From IMG/VR virus record IMGVR_UViG_3300048121_000993, positions 1 to 64,000 of that record: a stretch of DNA of 64,000 nt; one strand, 5' to 3'. Shown in pieces: positions 20,123 through 30,983 of the stretch. Numbering within the stretch: the stretch's first letter is position 1; each line of letters starts with the position of its first letter. This stretch comes from a virus. Its lineage: Duplodnaviria; Caudoviricetes. A model generated the notes under the pieces. That model saw only the letters and a program-made list of their open reading frames with translations, was not told where the DNA came from and did not search any database. The position numbers were made by a program, and so were the translations under genes.

Positions 20123-20320
20123 ATGTTAAGTAAGCAATGTAAGTTGCATTTAGAAGAGGCGGATATGACACGCTGGCAACACTTTAAACATGCAATGAGT
20201 ATTGCATGGAAACTAAAACTTGCCGCAGGTGCAGTATTTTTACATGCATTTGCTCCACGTTACTTTAAAACATATGCAAGTGAAACTTGTGATACGATAG
20301 CAAAAGAGAATAAAAAATGA
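20123..20320 (+). CDS. Small hypothetical protein
   Basis: HL...TRWQHF...LHAFAP pattern; coupled to neighbours. Confidence 0.65.
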   Translation: MLSKQCKLHLEEADMTRWQHFKHAMSIAWKLKLAAGAVFLHAFAPRYFKTYASETCDTIAKENKK

Positions 20321-21075
20321 GTGAACAAAAATATACATTACAACAATACGCAGCCATGGAGGGTGGACATGAAATGACACCTGATAATAAAGAATTGTCA
20401 TTTATCCAGTCATTGGGCGAAGCTCGTATGTTTAAAACAAGACAACAAATAAGTTCAGAAGGTGCTAGAGGATTAACAGATCATTTGTTTGTAGGACTAC
20501 TAAGTCTTTACGCTATGTCAAATGATTACAAATACGCACCAGTGGCTAAACAATATGCACGTAGAACAGGAATGTACGGTGGATTTAACAAGCCTAGTCC
20601 TAGTGGAACTGATATTTACCAAACAATGTTTACATTAAACAAGCCAGGCGGGTTAGCTGACTCTGAAGCAGATAAGTTATTACTTGCTAAAGTACAATTT
20701 AGTGATACACAAATTAAGCAATTTTTAAAGAAAGTTGAAACTGGACAAGCAAATCCTGGACAAGCAAAAGCATTCTTTTATAAACTAGAAAAGAACTTAG
20801 CTATACAAGATCCAAAATTAAGAGCTGCAAGAAGACTAATAGGAGATTGGACTAATTTAACTACCCAACAACAACAGTTAGCTTCTACACAACTAAACAA
20901 ATATTATAGACTAAATGCCAGACGCAGTGATTTAACACCACTGTTTAAAAAGTTTTCAGATGAAAATAATTTAAATTTAAACCAGAAAGAAAAGAAAACT
21001 GTTGGTCAGAAAGTGGCCCGTGCTGCAGGTGCATTTGCTGCCGGTTATGCTGCTGGTAAAATGACAGGTATGTAA
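20317..21075 (+). CDS. Hypothetical protein, probably virion-associated
   Basis: Intact ORF within late operon. Confidence 0.7.
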   Translation: MSEQKYTLQQYAAMEGGHEMTPDNKELSFIQSLGEARMFKTRQQISSEGARGLTDHLFVGLLSLYAMSNDYKYAPVAKQYARRTGMYGGFNKPSPSGTDIYQTMFTLNKPGGLADSEADKLLLAKVQFSDTQIKQFLKKVETGQANPGQAKAFFYKLEKNLAIQDPKLRAARRLIGDWTNLTTQQQQLASTQLNKYYRLNARRSDLTPLFKKFSDENNLNLNQKEKKTVGQKVARAAGAFAAGYAAGKMTGM

Positions 21076-21078
21076 TAA

Positions 21079-21534
21079 ATGGGCACAAGTAGACCAGTAG
21101 AGGTGTTAACAGGCTCAACAGATTTTTATACAGTGTATACACTGATAGATATAACAGACTCGGGTGTAGTCAGTCCCAAAGCAGACGCTAAAGGATTTTT
21201 CCAAGCCCAAAATTTAAATACTTTTATTCAAAGTATAAGTTTAAGATCTCAACCTGTGTTAAGCAGTGTTGCTAAATTAGATGCAGAAGATGTATCTGAT
21301 CATGAATTTGGTAGTAGTTTTACTGGATTACATGATGTTTGGATTCTTAAATTTGCTAGTGAAACAGCAGATGCTTGGGTAAAGGAAAGTAATGATACTT
21401 ATATGTTAGAAGAGGATTTTAACACAATGCCAGTTCATGTAACATTAGATGAAACTGCATTAATTAATCCTGAAAGCGTTGATACACTGACCGTGAACAA
21501 AAACACGTACTTTAAATATCAAGAAAACATATAA
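21079..21534 (+). CDS. Hypothetical protein
   Basis: Intact ORF within late operon. Confidence 0.7.
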   Translation: MGTSRPVEVLTGSTDFYTVYTLIDITDSGVVSPKADAKGFFQAQNLNTFIQSISLRSQPVLSSVAKLDAEDVSDHEFGSSFTGLHDVWILKFASETADAWVKESNDTYMLEEDFNTMPVHVTLDETALINPESVDTLTVNKNTYFKYQENI

Positions 21535-21614
21535 ATACATATATAATAAGTGCAAGGATGTACTTAAATTAAATCAGCTCTATAAGACGCTGCTAAAGAT
21601 TGTGAGAACAAAAT

Positions 21615-21899
21615 ATGGCAATGAACCAGTCAAGACTTGAGCGTGAAAATCTAGAGGCACATGTAGATTTATGTGCGGAGAGATATCGCGTGTTAGAAGA
21701 AAAATTAAACAGACTCGAGGCTAAAGTAGACTCGTTAACAGATGCCATGGCGAAGGTATCAGAAAAACAAACAGCCGCATCACTGTCTAGCAATAAGTTA
21801 GTCATTGGAGCAGCAGCAACAGTAATTGCAGGATTGTTATCCACAGTAGTACTATTGTTGTTAAATTTACAAACAGTTACACCGTTAGTAGGCGGATAA
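21615..21899 (+). CDS. Coiled-coil protein with C-terminal transmembrane helix
   Basis: Heptad pattern followed by LVIGAAATVIAGLLSTVVLLLL. Confidence 0.7.
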   Translation: MAMNQSRLERENLEAHVDLCAERYRVLEEKLNRLEAKVDSLTDAMAKVSEKQTAASLSSNKLVIGAAATVIAGLLSTVVLLLLNLQTVTPLVGG

Positions 21900-21902
21900 T
21901 AT

Positions 21903-22190
21903 ATGTTACTAAACGAATCATATAACACTATCGTTTCTGAAGCTAAAGTAATATTTAGAGCAAGAGCCGGGAAGGTTACTAGAGCATTTCGTTGCACAGT
22001 TGGTCCACGAAAAGGTAGACCAGTTGCACATCCATCACAATGTGCAGCTCCAATAAATCTCAAAAAGAGATTTGTATTAAGAAGAACTAGAGCAGCCAAA
22101 GGTGCTAGAATGATGAAAAAAGCACAAAGAACAAAACGATTAAATCCAGCTAGTCGTATTGCAGCAAGACTAAATAAAGCGAGAGGATAA
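21903..22190 (+). CDS. Small highly basic protein, possible nucleic-acid-binding core protein
   Basis: Arg/Lys-rich after a short acidic leader. Confidence 0.65.
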   Translation: MLLNESYNTIVSEAKVIFRARAGKVTRAFRCTVGPRKGRPVAHPSQCAAPINLKKRFVLRRTRAAKGARMMKKAQRTKRLNPASRIAARLNKARG

Positions 22191-22194
22191 TATA

Positions 22195-22893
22195 ATGGAT
22201 CTAATAAACAACAGTACAATTGATACAGTAATAGACTTTGCAAATGTTAAGTTCGGAATGGAACTTACAAAAGATCAGGTATCAGAACAATTAAGAAATT
22301 TATCCTTTTCAGAAACATTAAAACTTATTAATTCAATAAAAGCAGATGACAATGATGCATTTTCAAGCATTATAGACCTAAGTGCAGTAAGCGAAGGTTG
22401 GTCGGAATTGCCTAGCATTAACAGAGAAAAATACCAAGAACGTGATGGATTAGAAGGCCCATTTCCTACAAAATCAGGAAAAGTAGTTTACTATGATCCA
22501 AAAGAAGGCAAGTATTACGATCCGGACACTGACATTTATTTGTCATATGATGAATGGAAATCATTAGACGAAGCATACGGAACAGCAAATACAGCACAAC
22601 CAAGCAGAGCAACTATTAGAGCTCAAGGTACTAAGCCATCAGGATCAGAAAGACGCTATAATAATACAGCACAAGATCAAGCCAGAGATGCAACTGTAAT
22701 ACCTAGAACAGTAGCAGGTGCTCCTCCTCAAGGCAATGTAGCAACAGGACAAGGCGCATCGAGAGCCGGTAGTGAAGATCCAGATGATATACACAGACAA
22801 GAAATTGAAGATTTAGCGGCTCAAGGTCAGGGCCAAGCAAATATAAACGCACAAGAAATTGAACGCCTAAGACAATTGGCGATGGGGAAATAA
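22195..22893 (+). CDS. Hypothetical modular protein
   Basis: Internal GLEGPF...YYDPKEGKYYD cassette; C-terminal ERLRQLA. Confidence 0.7.
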   Translation: MDLINNSTIDTVIDFANVKFGMELTKDQVSEQLRNLSFSETLKLINSIKADDNDAFSSIIDLSAVSEGWSELPSINREKYQERDGLEGPFPTKSGKVVYYDPKEGKYYDPDTDIYLSYDEWKSLDEAYGTANTAQPSRATIRAQGTKPSGSERRYNNTAQDQARDATVIPRTVAGAPPQGNVATGQGASRAGSEDPDDIHRQEIEDLAAQGQGQANINAQEIERLRQLAMGK

Positions 22894-23103
22894 ATGAAAA
22901 GCATTGAAACCCCAGGCGGAATTCCAACATTTATTTCACTTCACGAGTGTGCAATGTACGAAAACTTATTAGAACGTACATGCAAAGACGATTTATCAGA
23001 GCGTGAAGTTTACCTAATTCAAAGCCTAGTTAACAAAAATATTGTTAAAAAGATAGTGGAGAATAATAAAGTATATTATGAACGCATGAGAGGGAGCCTA
23101 TAA
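22894..23103 (+). CDS. Small hypothetical protein
   Basis: Coupled ORF. Confidence 0.6.
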   Translation: MKSIETPGGIPTFISLHECAMYENLLERTCKDDLSEREVYLIQSLVNKNIVKKIVENNKVYYERMRGSL

Positions 23104-23720
23104 TGCCAACAGAAGAAGTAAAAGGAATGATGGATATCATTGCTAAATTAAACGAATCAGTTGCAACAGAACCAACTGCTGCACAAAAAGTTAAAAACGA
23201 GAAAAATAACCCATCTCCTACTATGTTAGGTAGTGTTAGTAAAAATGCAGAAGGTATGCTAAGTATTTTACAAAAATTAGACGAAGCAACTACGCAGGTT
23301 ACTAAAGAGATAGTAAAAGAATCAGAGCATGATATTGAATTATCAGCGATAGATAAAAAAGGTGATACTGTTAGAGTAAACAACTACGAAATTACAATGG
23401 AAAAAACAACCATTGTTCCAGGAATTAAAAAAACATTTTATAATATCAAAGAAGGTGATGAAATTATTCACAGTGAATTAGCATTGTTTGAAACAGCAAT
23501 GGGTATTGTAAAAGGTTTACTATTTGACAATGATAGCAAAGTAAATAGACTATTAGAGTTAGATAACAGATACGCAAGTTCGTTGCAAGAAGCAGCAACG
23601 TATAAAATGAAGTGCAAAACCATTGTAGAGAGCAGTAAACACGATATTGCAATGGCAAAACAAGGTGCAGCTGTTTATAAGATGAAAGAAATCAAAAAAC
23701 AGATCAAAAGTGCCCTTTGA
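23103..23720 (+). CDS. Hypothetical protein
   Basis: GGGAG SD; intact ORF. Confidence 0.7.
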   Translation: MPTEEVKGMMDIIAKLNESVATEPTAAQKVKNEKNNPSPTMLGSVSKNAEGMLSILQKLDEATTQVTKEIVKESEHDIELSAIDKKGDTVRVNNYEITMEKTTIVPGIKKTFYNIKEGDEIIHSELALFETAMGIVKGLLFDNDSKVNRLLELDNRYASSLQEAATYKMKCKTIVESSKHDIAMAKQGAAVYKMKEIKKQIKSAL

Positions 23721-23763
23721 GCATAAATACAATATATAACAAAAACTCTAGTGGGGTAATAAC

Positions 23764-24522
23764 ATGGAATTAAAACAATTAAACGTAAAGAATCTAAACA
23801 AATTAGATTCAACACTTAAAGAAGTATTTGGTACAAGTTTTAACTTTGGTGCTGGCAATGCCAAATTAACTAAAGTAAAAACAGTTACTGAAACAAAAAT
23901 TAAAGCACTACGTGAAAGTGGTGTAGAAGTAAACAATAAGCAATATCAGAAGTTATTGCTAATTCTGGAAGGTATAAACACAGCTATGGAAAACAATCCA
24001 ATAATGGAAAATGAACTAGACCAAGCAGAAGTCCTTTTAGCAGCAAAAAATATGGCAGACGATCTACAGAAAATGGCTGAAAATTTAGCTAGTATGCAAG
24101 TAGAAGAGTTAATGAGTATTACAAATGCAATGAAAGAAGAAGTCGGTACAGCAGAAGCAGATGCGTTTAACACATCAGCAGAAGCGGCAATTGGCTCGGC
24201 TCTCGAAGCAGTAAAAACAGCAAACGCACAAGTGGCAGATGCAGTTTTAGTAGCTCAAGGTCAAGCACCAGAATCAGACATGGGAATGGATGATACAAGT
24301 ATGGATGCAGGACTTGATGACATTGAAGGCGACATTGAAGTAGCACCAGAAATGGACGACTTTGAAGGTGCCGATGCTGCAAGTGCAGAAACAGACGATG
24401 GTGGAAGAGAAATGAAAGAAGATGCATATCTCCAAGCACTAAGTATGGTAAAAGAAGCACAGGCCGACGGTAAAGTTAACAAAGAAATTTTAAAACAAGC
24501 ATTCGCGGTATTAAAGAAGTAA
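23764..24522 (+). CDS. Acidic coiled-coil protein, scaffold-like
   Basis: Late promoter at 23723-23729; Ala/Glu/Asp-rich helical sequence. Confidence 0.6.
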   Translation: MELKQLNVKNLNKLDSTLKEVFGTSFNFGAGNAKLTKVKTVTETKIKALRESGVEVNNKQYQKLLLILEGINTAMENNPIMENELDQAEVLLAAKNMADDLQKMAENLASMQVEELMSITNAMKEEVGTAEADAFNTSAEAAIGSALEAVKTANAQVADAVLVAQGQAPESDMGMDDTSMDAGLDDIEGDIEVAPEMDDFEGADAASAETDDGGREMKEDAYLQALSMVKEAQADGKVNKEILKQAFAVLKK

Positions 24523-24526
24523 TACA

Positions 24527-24853
24527 ATGAGATACACTGATCTTTTTGAAATATCAGTAGTAGATTCAAAAGTAATTGATCTACTGTCTATATTAAGTAG
24601 CGAAGGAGTCGAAAGCATTCCACTTGACGCACTAGTTGGAGAACTAGTAGCAATGGGTGTAGATGTTGATGACCAGTCACTGTTTGATGAATTAGACAAC
24701 ATACCTATTGTTAATAATATTAAAGATGGTATAGTGTATTTTAATACTGCAAGTATGGGTGCTAGCAATTTAAATAAAGTTGACCCAGAAAAAAATAAGA
24801 AAAAAGTCAAAGCAATGGCTAAGAAACAAGTAGATAAAGAGTTAAGCAAATGA
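24527..24853 (+). CDS. Hypothetical protein
   Basis: Intact ORF with MRYTDLFE leader. Confidence 0.7.
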   Translation: MRYTDLFEISVVDSKVIDLLSILSSEGVESIPLDALVGELVAMGVDVDDQSLFDELDNIPIVNNIKDGIVYFNTASMGASNLNKVDPEKNKKKVKAMAKKQVDKELSK

Positions 24854-25467
24854 GTGTAGGATTAAACGCAGCCCAGGCAAGATCAAAAGCATCACAGGAT
24901 ATGATTGTGTATAGAGAAACACAGGCTATCATGGAAGCTATTATCACCCAAAGCGGCTTAGGAAAATTTGAAGCGTCAGTTGACGATAGTACTACAATGA
25001 CAGTTTCAACACCAAGTATACAAAGAATTGGTACAGTTAACACCCCCACAGTTAACGTAGGTGACACACTTATCATTGACAGCTCTACTATAACACTTGG
25101 TACATCAGGAACTTCTCTTAACGCAATTATATCTGATATAAATGATGCAAGTGTTCCAGGTGTAACAGCATCTAAGGACGCAGGTTACTTAGTATTAACA
25201 ATTGAAGATAGTGCAGGCGCAACATGGGAATATGAGATTGGTGCCGGAACAGCAAATGCTTCACTTGGATTTGTCGCAGGTGTATACGCACTTCCAAATC
25301 CAACTAGTGTAGAATATTACACAGTATGGCAAGGATCAGCAACTGATCGTGCTATTCAAAATCAAATGGCACAAGTAATAAAACACTTTGCAGACTTAGG
25401 ATATAAAATTGAAAGATTAACAAATTCGTCTACTAATAGAACGTTTAAATGGTACGTGTATTGGTAG
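24850..25467 (+). CDS. Probable structural protein
   Basis: Thr/Ser/Gly-rich central domain typical of virion proteins. Confidence 0.55.
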   Translation: MSVGLNAAQARSKASQDMIVYRETQAIMEAIITQSGLGKFEASVDDSTTMTVSTPSIQRIGTVNTPTVNVGDTLIIDSSTITLGTSGTSLNAIISDINDASVPGVTASKDAGYLVLTIEDSAGATWEYEIGAGTANASLGFVAGVYALPNPTSVEYYTVWQGSATDRAIQNQMAQVIKHFADLGYKIERLTNSSTNRTFKWYVYW

Positions 25468-25471
25468 TAGT

Positions 25472-25846
25472 ATGCTTTCGCCAGTACACAAGCATATCAT
25501 CCTAAGAATTGAAGCAAACAAGCCACCATTAGAAGATGAACTCAAAGCGTGGATGATTGAACTCGTGGACAAAATTGGTATGAAAATACTAGAAGGTCCT
25601 ATCTCAGCAAACATAGATTATATGCCCGGTAACAACGGACCAACTTGTGTTGTTATTATTGAAACATCACACTTTGCTTGTCATGTATGGAATGATGTTG
25701 ACCCAGCACTAATACAACTAGATGTATACACATGTGGACCATTTGACCCAAATGAAGTATTAGAACACATAAAGATTTGGGACCCAGTGAAAGTAGAATA
25801 CAAATATTTAGACAGAGAATTTGGACTAACAGAAATAGAAATTTAA
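25472..25846 (+). CDS. speD: S-adenosylmethionine decarboxylase proenzyme
   Basis: IETSH pyruvoyl cleavage motif, HVW, LDVYTCG. Confidence 0.85.
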   Translation: MLSPVHKHIILRIEANKPPLEDELKAWMIELVDKIGMKILEGPISANIDYMPGNNGPTCVVIIETSHFACHVWNDVDPALIQLDVYTCGPFDPNEVLEHIKIWDPVKVEYKYLDREFGLTEIEI

Positions 25847-25847
25847 T

Positions 25848-26663
25848 ATGAAAATTGCATTTATAGGTGATAGCTATATGGCCTATGACCAATATGAACA
25901 AGAAGAAAACTCTTGGACTTGGCTATTATCACAGCACTTCCGACAACACAAATATTATAATTACTCACTTGGCGGTAGAGGATACGACTACTATCGGCTA
26001 GCATTACTGGATGCAAAAATAAATGATGTTGATGTTATAATAACTAGCGATACATTTAATCATAGAGTAATGATGCAAGCAGGTGACGGAGATGGAACTT
26101 TTGTAGAAGCACCAACTAGTAACCCCCATTATACACTAAAATGCCACTATAATCATTTTTGGAAAAGTGGACAGGGTAAAACCAATGGGGCAGGTATAGG
26201 CACAGCACCTATTCCATCTAGTATACTACCTCAACTAAACACTGCATTAGTAGTTAAGCAAACTTCAGAAGACTATCTAAGATATAATCAATTATGGTTT
26301 GATAACATTAATAAACTTTATAACTTTAAACATATAATAAAGTTATCTTTAATGTTCAACCCAAACGATATCAAAGGGCAAGACATGGGAGGCGCAACAT
26401 GGGAAATGACCAACCATTTTGGCGTTGAAAAATATATTTCCGAACAACTATTCCTACACGACTCTAATAAACCTAATGAACTTGATAAAATTATGCAAGA
26501 CAAAAAAGTTGACCCAATGACAGCACATGGCATACTTAAAAATGAGTTATTAATGAAACATGATTTAATTGTTTCAATGGACGACGATCATTGGAGCCCT
26601 AAAGGAAATAAATGGGCATTTGATAACTATATTTTACCAAAAGTCGTTGACATCCTGTCTTAA
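25848..26663 (+). CDS. SGNH/GDSL hydrolase-like protein
   Basis: FIGDSY block I, NYSLGGRG block II, DDHWS block V. Confidence 0.65.
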   Translation: MKIAFIGDSYMAYDQYEQEENSWTWLLSQHFRQHKYYNYSLGGRGYDYYRLALLDAKINDVDVIITSDTFNHRVMMQAGDGDGTFVEAPTSNPHYTLKCHYNHFWKSGQGKTNGAGIGTAPIPSSILPQLNTALVVKQTSEDYLRYNQLWFDNINKLYNFKHIIKLSLMFNPNDIKGQDMGGATWEMTNHFGVEKYISEQLFLHDSNKPNELDKIMQDKKVDPMTAHGILKNELLMKHDLIVSMDDDHWSPKGNKWAFDNYILPKVVDILS

Positions 26664-26681
26664 TTATAGTATACTTTATGT

Positions 26682-27371
26682 ATGCCTAAAATTATAAATC
26701 AATACCCATATCAAGAATTTAAACGAACTAGTGTAGACGGTAAGCGTCTATATCAAAATCCTTGGGGCGATCCAGTTCCAAGTGTAACAACAATCCTAAG
26801 TGCTACACAACCAGCAGAAAAGCGACAAGCGTTAGCAAATTGGCGTAAGCGTGTTGGTACAGAAGAAGCACAGCGTATTACAACAACTGCCGCAAATCGT
26901 GGAACAGTTATGCACAATATATTAGAACATTGGGCATTAGGAGAATACGAAACATATAACCCAGGAAACAATATAGTACATCAACAAGCTAAAGCAATGG
27001 CACAAGTGGTTGTGGATAACATTGAAAATGATATTGATGAAATATGGGGTACAGAAGTAAACTTAGTAGCAAAAGAATTGTATGCAGGCACAACAGATTT
27101 AGTTGGTGTATACAAAGGCGAAGCAACTATTATGGACTTTAAACAAACAAATAAACCTAAAAAGCGTGAATGGATTGATGATTATTTCCTACAAGGCGCC
27201 GCATACGCAAACGCACACAACGAGATGTATGGCACTGATATTAGCCGTATTGCTATCTTTATGTGTAGTGGCGATTGTGAATGGCAACTGTTTGAAAGTG
27301 ACCCAGAAGATTTCAAAGATTGGGAAATGAAATGGGCTCAAAGGTTAGAAAAATTCTATCGCTTATCATAA
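26682..27371 (+). CDS. PD-(D/E)XK exonuclease
   Basis: PSVTTIL, RGTVMH, E...YAGTTD...IMDFK, Q..AY. Confidence 0.85.
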   Translation: MPKIINQYPYQEFKRTSVDGKRLYQNPWGDPVPSVTTILSATQPAEKRQALANWRKRVGTEEAQRITTTAANRGTVMHNILEHWALGEYETYNPGNNIVHQQAKAMAQVVVDNIENDIDEIWGTEVNLVAKELYAGTTDLVGVYKGEATIMDFKQTNKPKKREWIDDYFLQGAAYANAHNEMYGTDISRIAIFMCSGDCEWQLFESDPEDFKDWEMKWAQRLEKFYRLS

Positions 27372-27395
27372 ATACATTAACATAAGGAAACAATA

Positions 27396-28172
27396 ATGGC
27401 AACAACAAACGCAAGAATCACTGCAAGAAAAGGAGTCCTATCTTCTCTCCCTATTTTACTTCCGGGCGAGTTAGGTCTTGCTACTGATCATCAACGATTA
27501 TTCATAGGACAAGAACCAATTACAGGTGTATGCGATATTACTGCAAGCACAAATACTACAGCAAAAGTAGAATTTACTTCTGCAAATGGTGATGTAATTG
27601 ATATGGATTTAATGGCGCCATTAGACAACTATTCATATAGCATAAAAATTAATCCAGACACTGATAACATAGATATATCGGCTAGTAATATCACATTTAC
27701 TGATTCAAAAGCATCATTTACTCATGGACTGGTTGATACAGGTACACCACCAGCAGCAAGACTTCCTACAAACAGTGATGTATTTGTACTTTATTATAAT
27801 AAAGAAGTTGGCTATCATGCAGAAGCGTTTCCTAATCCAACACAAGAAATTTCCTTTACTGCTTCCGCATCGGGAGTAGCACAAGCAACAGGTATAGAGT
27901 TTTTATGCGACAATAAAGAAAGTGTAATAATTGAATACACGCTAAGTACAAGTTCAGCATCAAGGCGAGGCACATTAACTATGCTACTTGATAACGCATC
28001 AGGAGTACCAACAACAAGCTCTATTAAAGATGAGTTTGATATTAGTACAGGTGCAATTCCAGTTGAATTTAGTTTAACTGATAACAGTACAGATAAATTT
28101 ATCCTTAATTTTAAAACAACAGATATAGTAAACGCACATACATTTACATATGTGCAAAAATCATTTAAGTAA
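27396..28172 (+). CDS. Tail fibre/structural protein with Mtd-like N-terminus
   Basis: RITARKG...LPILLPGELGLATDHQRLFIG; late promoter at 27368-27374. Confidence 0.65.
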   Translation: MATTNARITARKGVLSSLPILLPGELGLATDHQRLFIGQEPITGVCDITASTNTTAKVEFTSANGDVIDMDLMAPLDNYSYSIKINPDTDNIDISASNITFTDSKASFTHGLVDTGTPPAARLPTNSDVFVLYYNKEVGYHAEAFPNPTQEISFTASASGVAQATGIEFLCDNKESVIIEYTLSTSSASRRGTLTMLLDNASGVPTTSSIKDEFDISTGAIPVEFSLTDNSTDKFILNFKTTDIVNAHTFTYVQKSFK

Positions 28173-28177
28173 ATTAA

Positions 28178-28612
28178 ATGAAAGACACGTGGCAATTACC
28201 GCTGAAACCTAGACTTCGTAGGTGGCGCGAATTAAGAAAAGAAATAGTAGAAGTTTCAGATAAAAATGCACAACTAAGAGTTGTAATTGATTTTTGGAAA
28301 ACTACGCCCTTGGGTACTAGAGTTATTGATCCGTATGATCACACTACATGGCCTAATCCTTGGGACTTGCTAAATACAAATCACTACGATGAAAATGTTG
28401 TAGGTTTGTGTATGGCATACACTCTACATTATTGTGATATTCCTTGTAGAATATTACATGTACAAAATGTGGAAAATAGTGAAATAAAGTTAATAGTTTT
28501 AGTTGACAATATGTACATTTTAAACTATAATTATGATACTATAAACACAAAAGAAGTAATGAATGAATTCAATGTACTTACTGAAATTGAAGTAAGTACC
28601 TTGGTAAAATAG
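28178..28612 (+). CDS. Hypothetical protein
   Basis: Intact ORF. Confidence 0.7.
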   Translation: MKDTWQLPLKPRLRRWRELRKEIVEVSDKNAQLRVVIDFWKTTPLGTRVIDPYDHTTWPNPWDLLNTNHYDENVVGLCMAYTLHYCDIPCRILHVQNVENSEIKLIVLVDNMYILNYNYDTINTKEVMNEFNVLTEIEVSTLVK

Positions 28613-28649
28613 TTTTTTAAAACTATAAACGAAAGAAATTGGATGAATA

Positions 28650-30971
28650 ATGGGTAAAGATATAACAATATTAAAACGCGATGGATCTCGCGAAGAATTA
28701 GATCTAGAGAAAATGCATAAAGTCGTATTTTATGCATGTAATGATGTAGCAGGAGTAAGTGCAAGTCAAGTAGAATTAAAAAGTCATTTACAATTCTATA
28801 ACGGAATTGAAAGTGCAAATATTCAAGAAACACTAATTAAAGCGGCAGCTGATCTTATTAGTGAAGAGACTCCAAATTATCAATGGGTAGCAGGCAGATT
28901 AATTAACTATCATTTGCGAAAGATAGTTTATCAATCTTTTGAGCCTCCTCATCTTAAAGAGATAGCACTTAAAAATGTAGAACTAGGTTATTACGATAAA
29001 AGTTTTTTCTCCGTTTATAGCGAGGAAGAAATTGATCAACTAAACAATTACATTAAACACGACAGAGATGAAAACATTACATATGTTGGCATGGAACAGT
29101 TTCGTGGAAAGTACTTAGTACAAAATCGTGTTACAGGTGAAATATTCGAAACACCGCAGATTGCATACATGATGATAGCCGCAACACTGTTTGCCAGTTA
29201 TCCAAAAGAAACAAGATTAAAATATGTAAAGGAATACTATGACGCTATTAGTAATTTTGATATTAGTTTACCTACTCCTATCATGGCCGGACTCCGCACG
29301 CCGCAACGTCAATTCAGCAGTTGTGTACTTATTGAGACCGATGATAGTCTTGACTCTATTAATGCTACTAGTAGTGCTATTGTAAAATATGTAAGTCAAA
29401 AAGCAGGCATTGGAATTGGTGCAGGCAGTATCCGTTCAATTGGAAGCCCAATTAGAAATGGTGACGCATCACACACAGGTGTTATTCCATTTTTTAAACT
29501 ATTCCAAAGTTCAGTTAAGTCATGCTCACAGGGTGGAGTACGAGGTGGAGCAGCAACACTATACTATCCAATTTGGCATATGGAAGCAGAAGAATTACTT
29601 GTTCTAAAGAACAATAAAGGTACAGAAGATAATCGTGTAAGACACATGGACTATGGAGTACAGTTTAATAAACTTATGTACGAGCGTCTACTCACAGGCG
29701 GAGATATTAGTTTATTTTCACCAAGTGATGTTCCGGGTCTATATGAGGCCTTTTTTGATGATCAAGACAAATTTAAAGAATTATATGAAGAAGCAGAGCG
29801 TACAGTAACACGAAAGAAAGTTATGCCAGCGGCAGAACTATTTGGACAGTTTATGGAAGAACGCAAAAACACAGGACGCATTTACTTAATGAATGTGGAT
29901 CATGCAAATACACATGGAGCGTTTAAGCCCGAAGTAGCACCTGTTAAGCAAAGCAATTTATGTTGTGAGATTAATTTGCCTACTAAACCGTTATCTTTTT
30001 TCAGTGACGAACAAGGCGAAATTAGTTTATGTACATTAAGTGCAATCAATTGGGGTAACATTAAATCTCCAAAAGATTTTGAACGAGTATGTAGACTTGC
30101 AGTGCGTGGACTAGATGAACTGTTGGATTATCAAAAGTATCCAGTATTAGCAGCAGAACTAAGTACAATGAAAAGACGCCCGTTGGGTGTTGGTATTATT
30201 AACTTTGCATTTTGGTTAGCAAAGCATGATTTAAACTATCAAGACATTGATAATGATGGATTAGCATTAGTAGACGAATGGGCAGAGGCTTGGAGTTATT
30301 ACTTAATTAAAGCAAGTGCAGATTTGGCTATTGATAAAGGAAACATTGATGGTATATATGAAACAAAATACGGCGATGGAATTACTCCTAATCAAACATA
30401 CAAAAAAGAATTAGATGAGCTAGTACCTCACAAAGAAAGACAAGATTGGAAAGGATTGCGTAAACAACTTAAAGCAACAGGTATCCGTAATTCAACTCTA
30501 ATGGCACTTATGCCTGCTGAAACATCAGCACAAATTAGTAATAGCACAAACGGTATTGAACCGCCTCGTGCATTTGTTAGTGTTAAGCAAAGCAAACACG
30601 GAGTACTAAAGCAAGTGGTTCCTGGTTATCCACGCTTAAAGAACAAATATGACCTACTGTGGGACCAGCGTAGTCCAGAAGGTTATTTAAAAATTATGGC
30701 AGTATTACAAAAATATATCGATCAAGGTATCAGTGTTAATACAAGCTATAACCCAGAATTCTATGAAGATGAAAAGATACCAATGAGTGTCATGTTACAA
30801 CATCTTGTAATGTTCTACAAGTATGGTGGTAAGCAATTGTATTACTTTAATACATTTGACGGACAGGGTGAAATTGATTTTGATAAGAAAAATAAAGAAG
30901 AACTATTAGGAAGAGATAGTTTTGAATCAGACGGCGAATATGAAGACTACTGTGATAGTTGCACAATTTAA
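28650..30971 (+). CDS. nrdA: Ribonucleotide reductase class Ia alpha subunit
   Basis: ATP cone (KRDG), PTPIM, FSSC, SNLCCEI, MPAETS, C-terminal CxxC. Confidence 0.97.
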   Translation: MGKDITILKRDGSREELDLEKMHKVVFYACNDVAGVSASQVELKSHLQFYNGIESANIQETLIKAAADLISEETPNYQWVAGRLINYHLRKIVYQSFEPPHLKEIALKNVELGYYDKSFFSVYSEEEIDQLNNYIKHDRDENITYVGMEQFRGKYLVQNRVTGEIFETPQIAYMMIAATLFASYPKETRLKYVKEYYDAISNFDISLPTPIMAGLRTPQRQFSSCVLIETDDSLDSINATSSAIVKYVSQKAGIGIGAGSIRSIGSPIRNGDASHTGVIPFFKLFQSSVKSCSQGGVRGGAATLYYPIWHMEAEELLVLKNNKGTEDNRVRHMDYGVQFNKLMYERLLTGGDISLFSPSDVPGLYEAFFDDQDKFKELYEEAERTVTRKKVMPAAELFGQFMEERKNTGRIYLMNVDHANTHGAFKPEVAPVKQSNLCCEINLPTKPLSFFSDEQGEISLCTLSAINWGNIKSPKDFERVCRLAVRGLDELLDYQKYPVLAAELSTMKRRPLGVGIINFAFWLAKHDLNYQDIDNDGLALVDEWAEAWSYYLIKASADLAIDKGNIDGIYETKYGDGITPNQTYKKELDELVPHKERQDWKGLRKQLKATGIRNSTLMALMPAETSAQISNSTNGIEPPRAFVSVKQSKHGVLKQVVPGYPRLKNKYDLLWDQRSPEGYLKIMAVLQKYIDQGISVNTSYNPEFYEDEKIPMSVMLQHLVMFYKYGGKQLYYFNTFDGQGEIDFDKKNKEELLGRDSFESDGEYEDYCDSCTI

Positions 30972-30983
30972 GGAAACACATGA

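Noticed and set aside
26682-27371. Possible Cas4/CRISPR link
   Set aside because: Lacks the Cas4 Fe-S cysteine pattern; no array or other cas genes in the window; typical phage exonuclease
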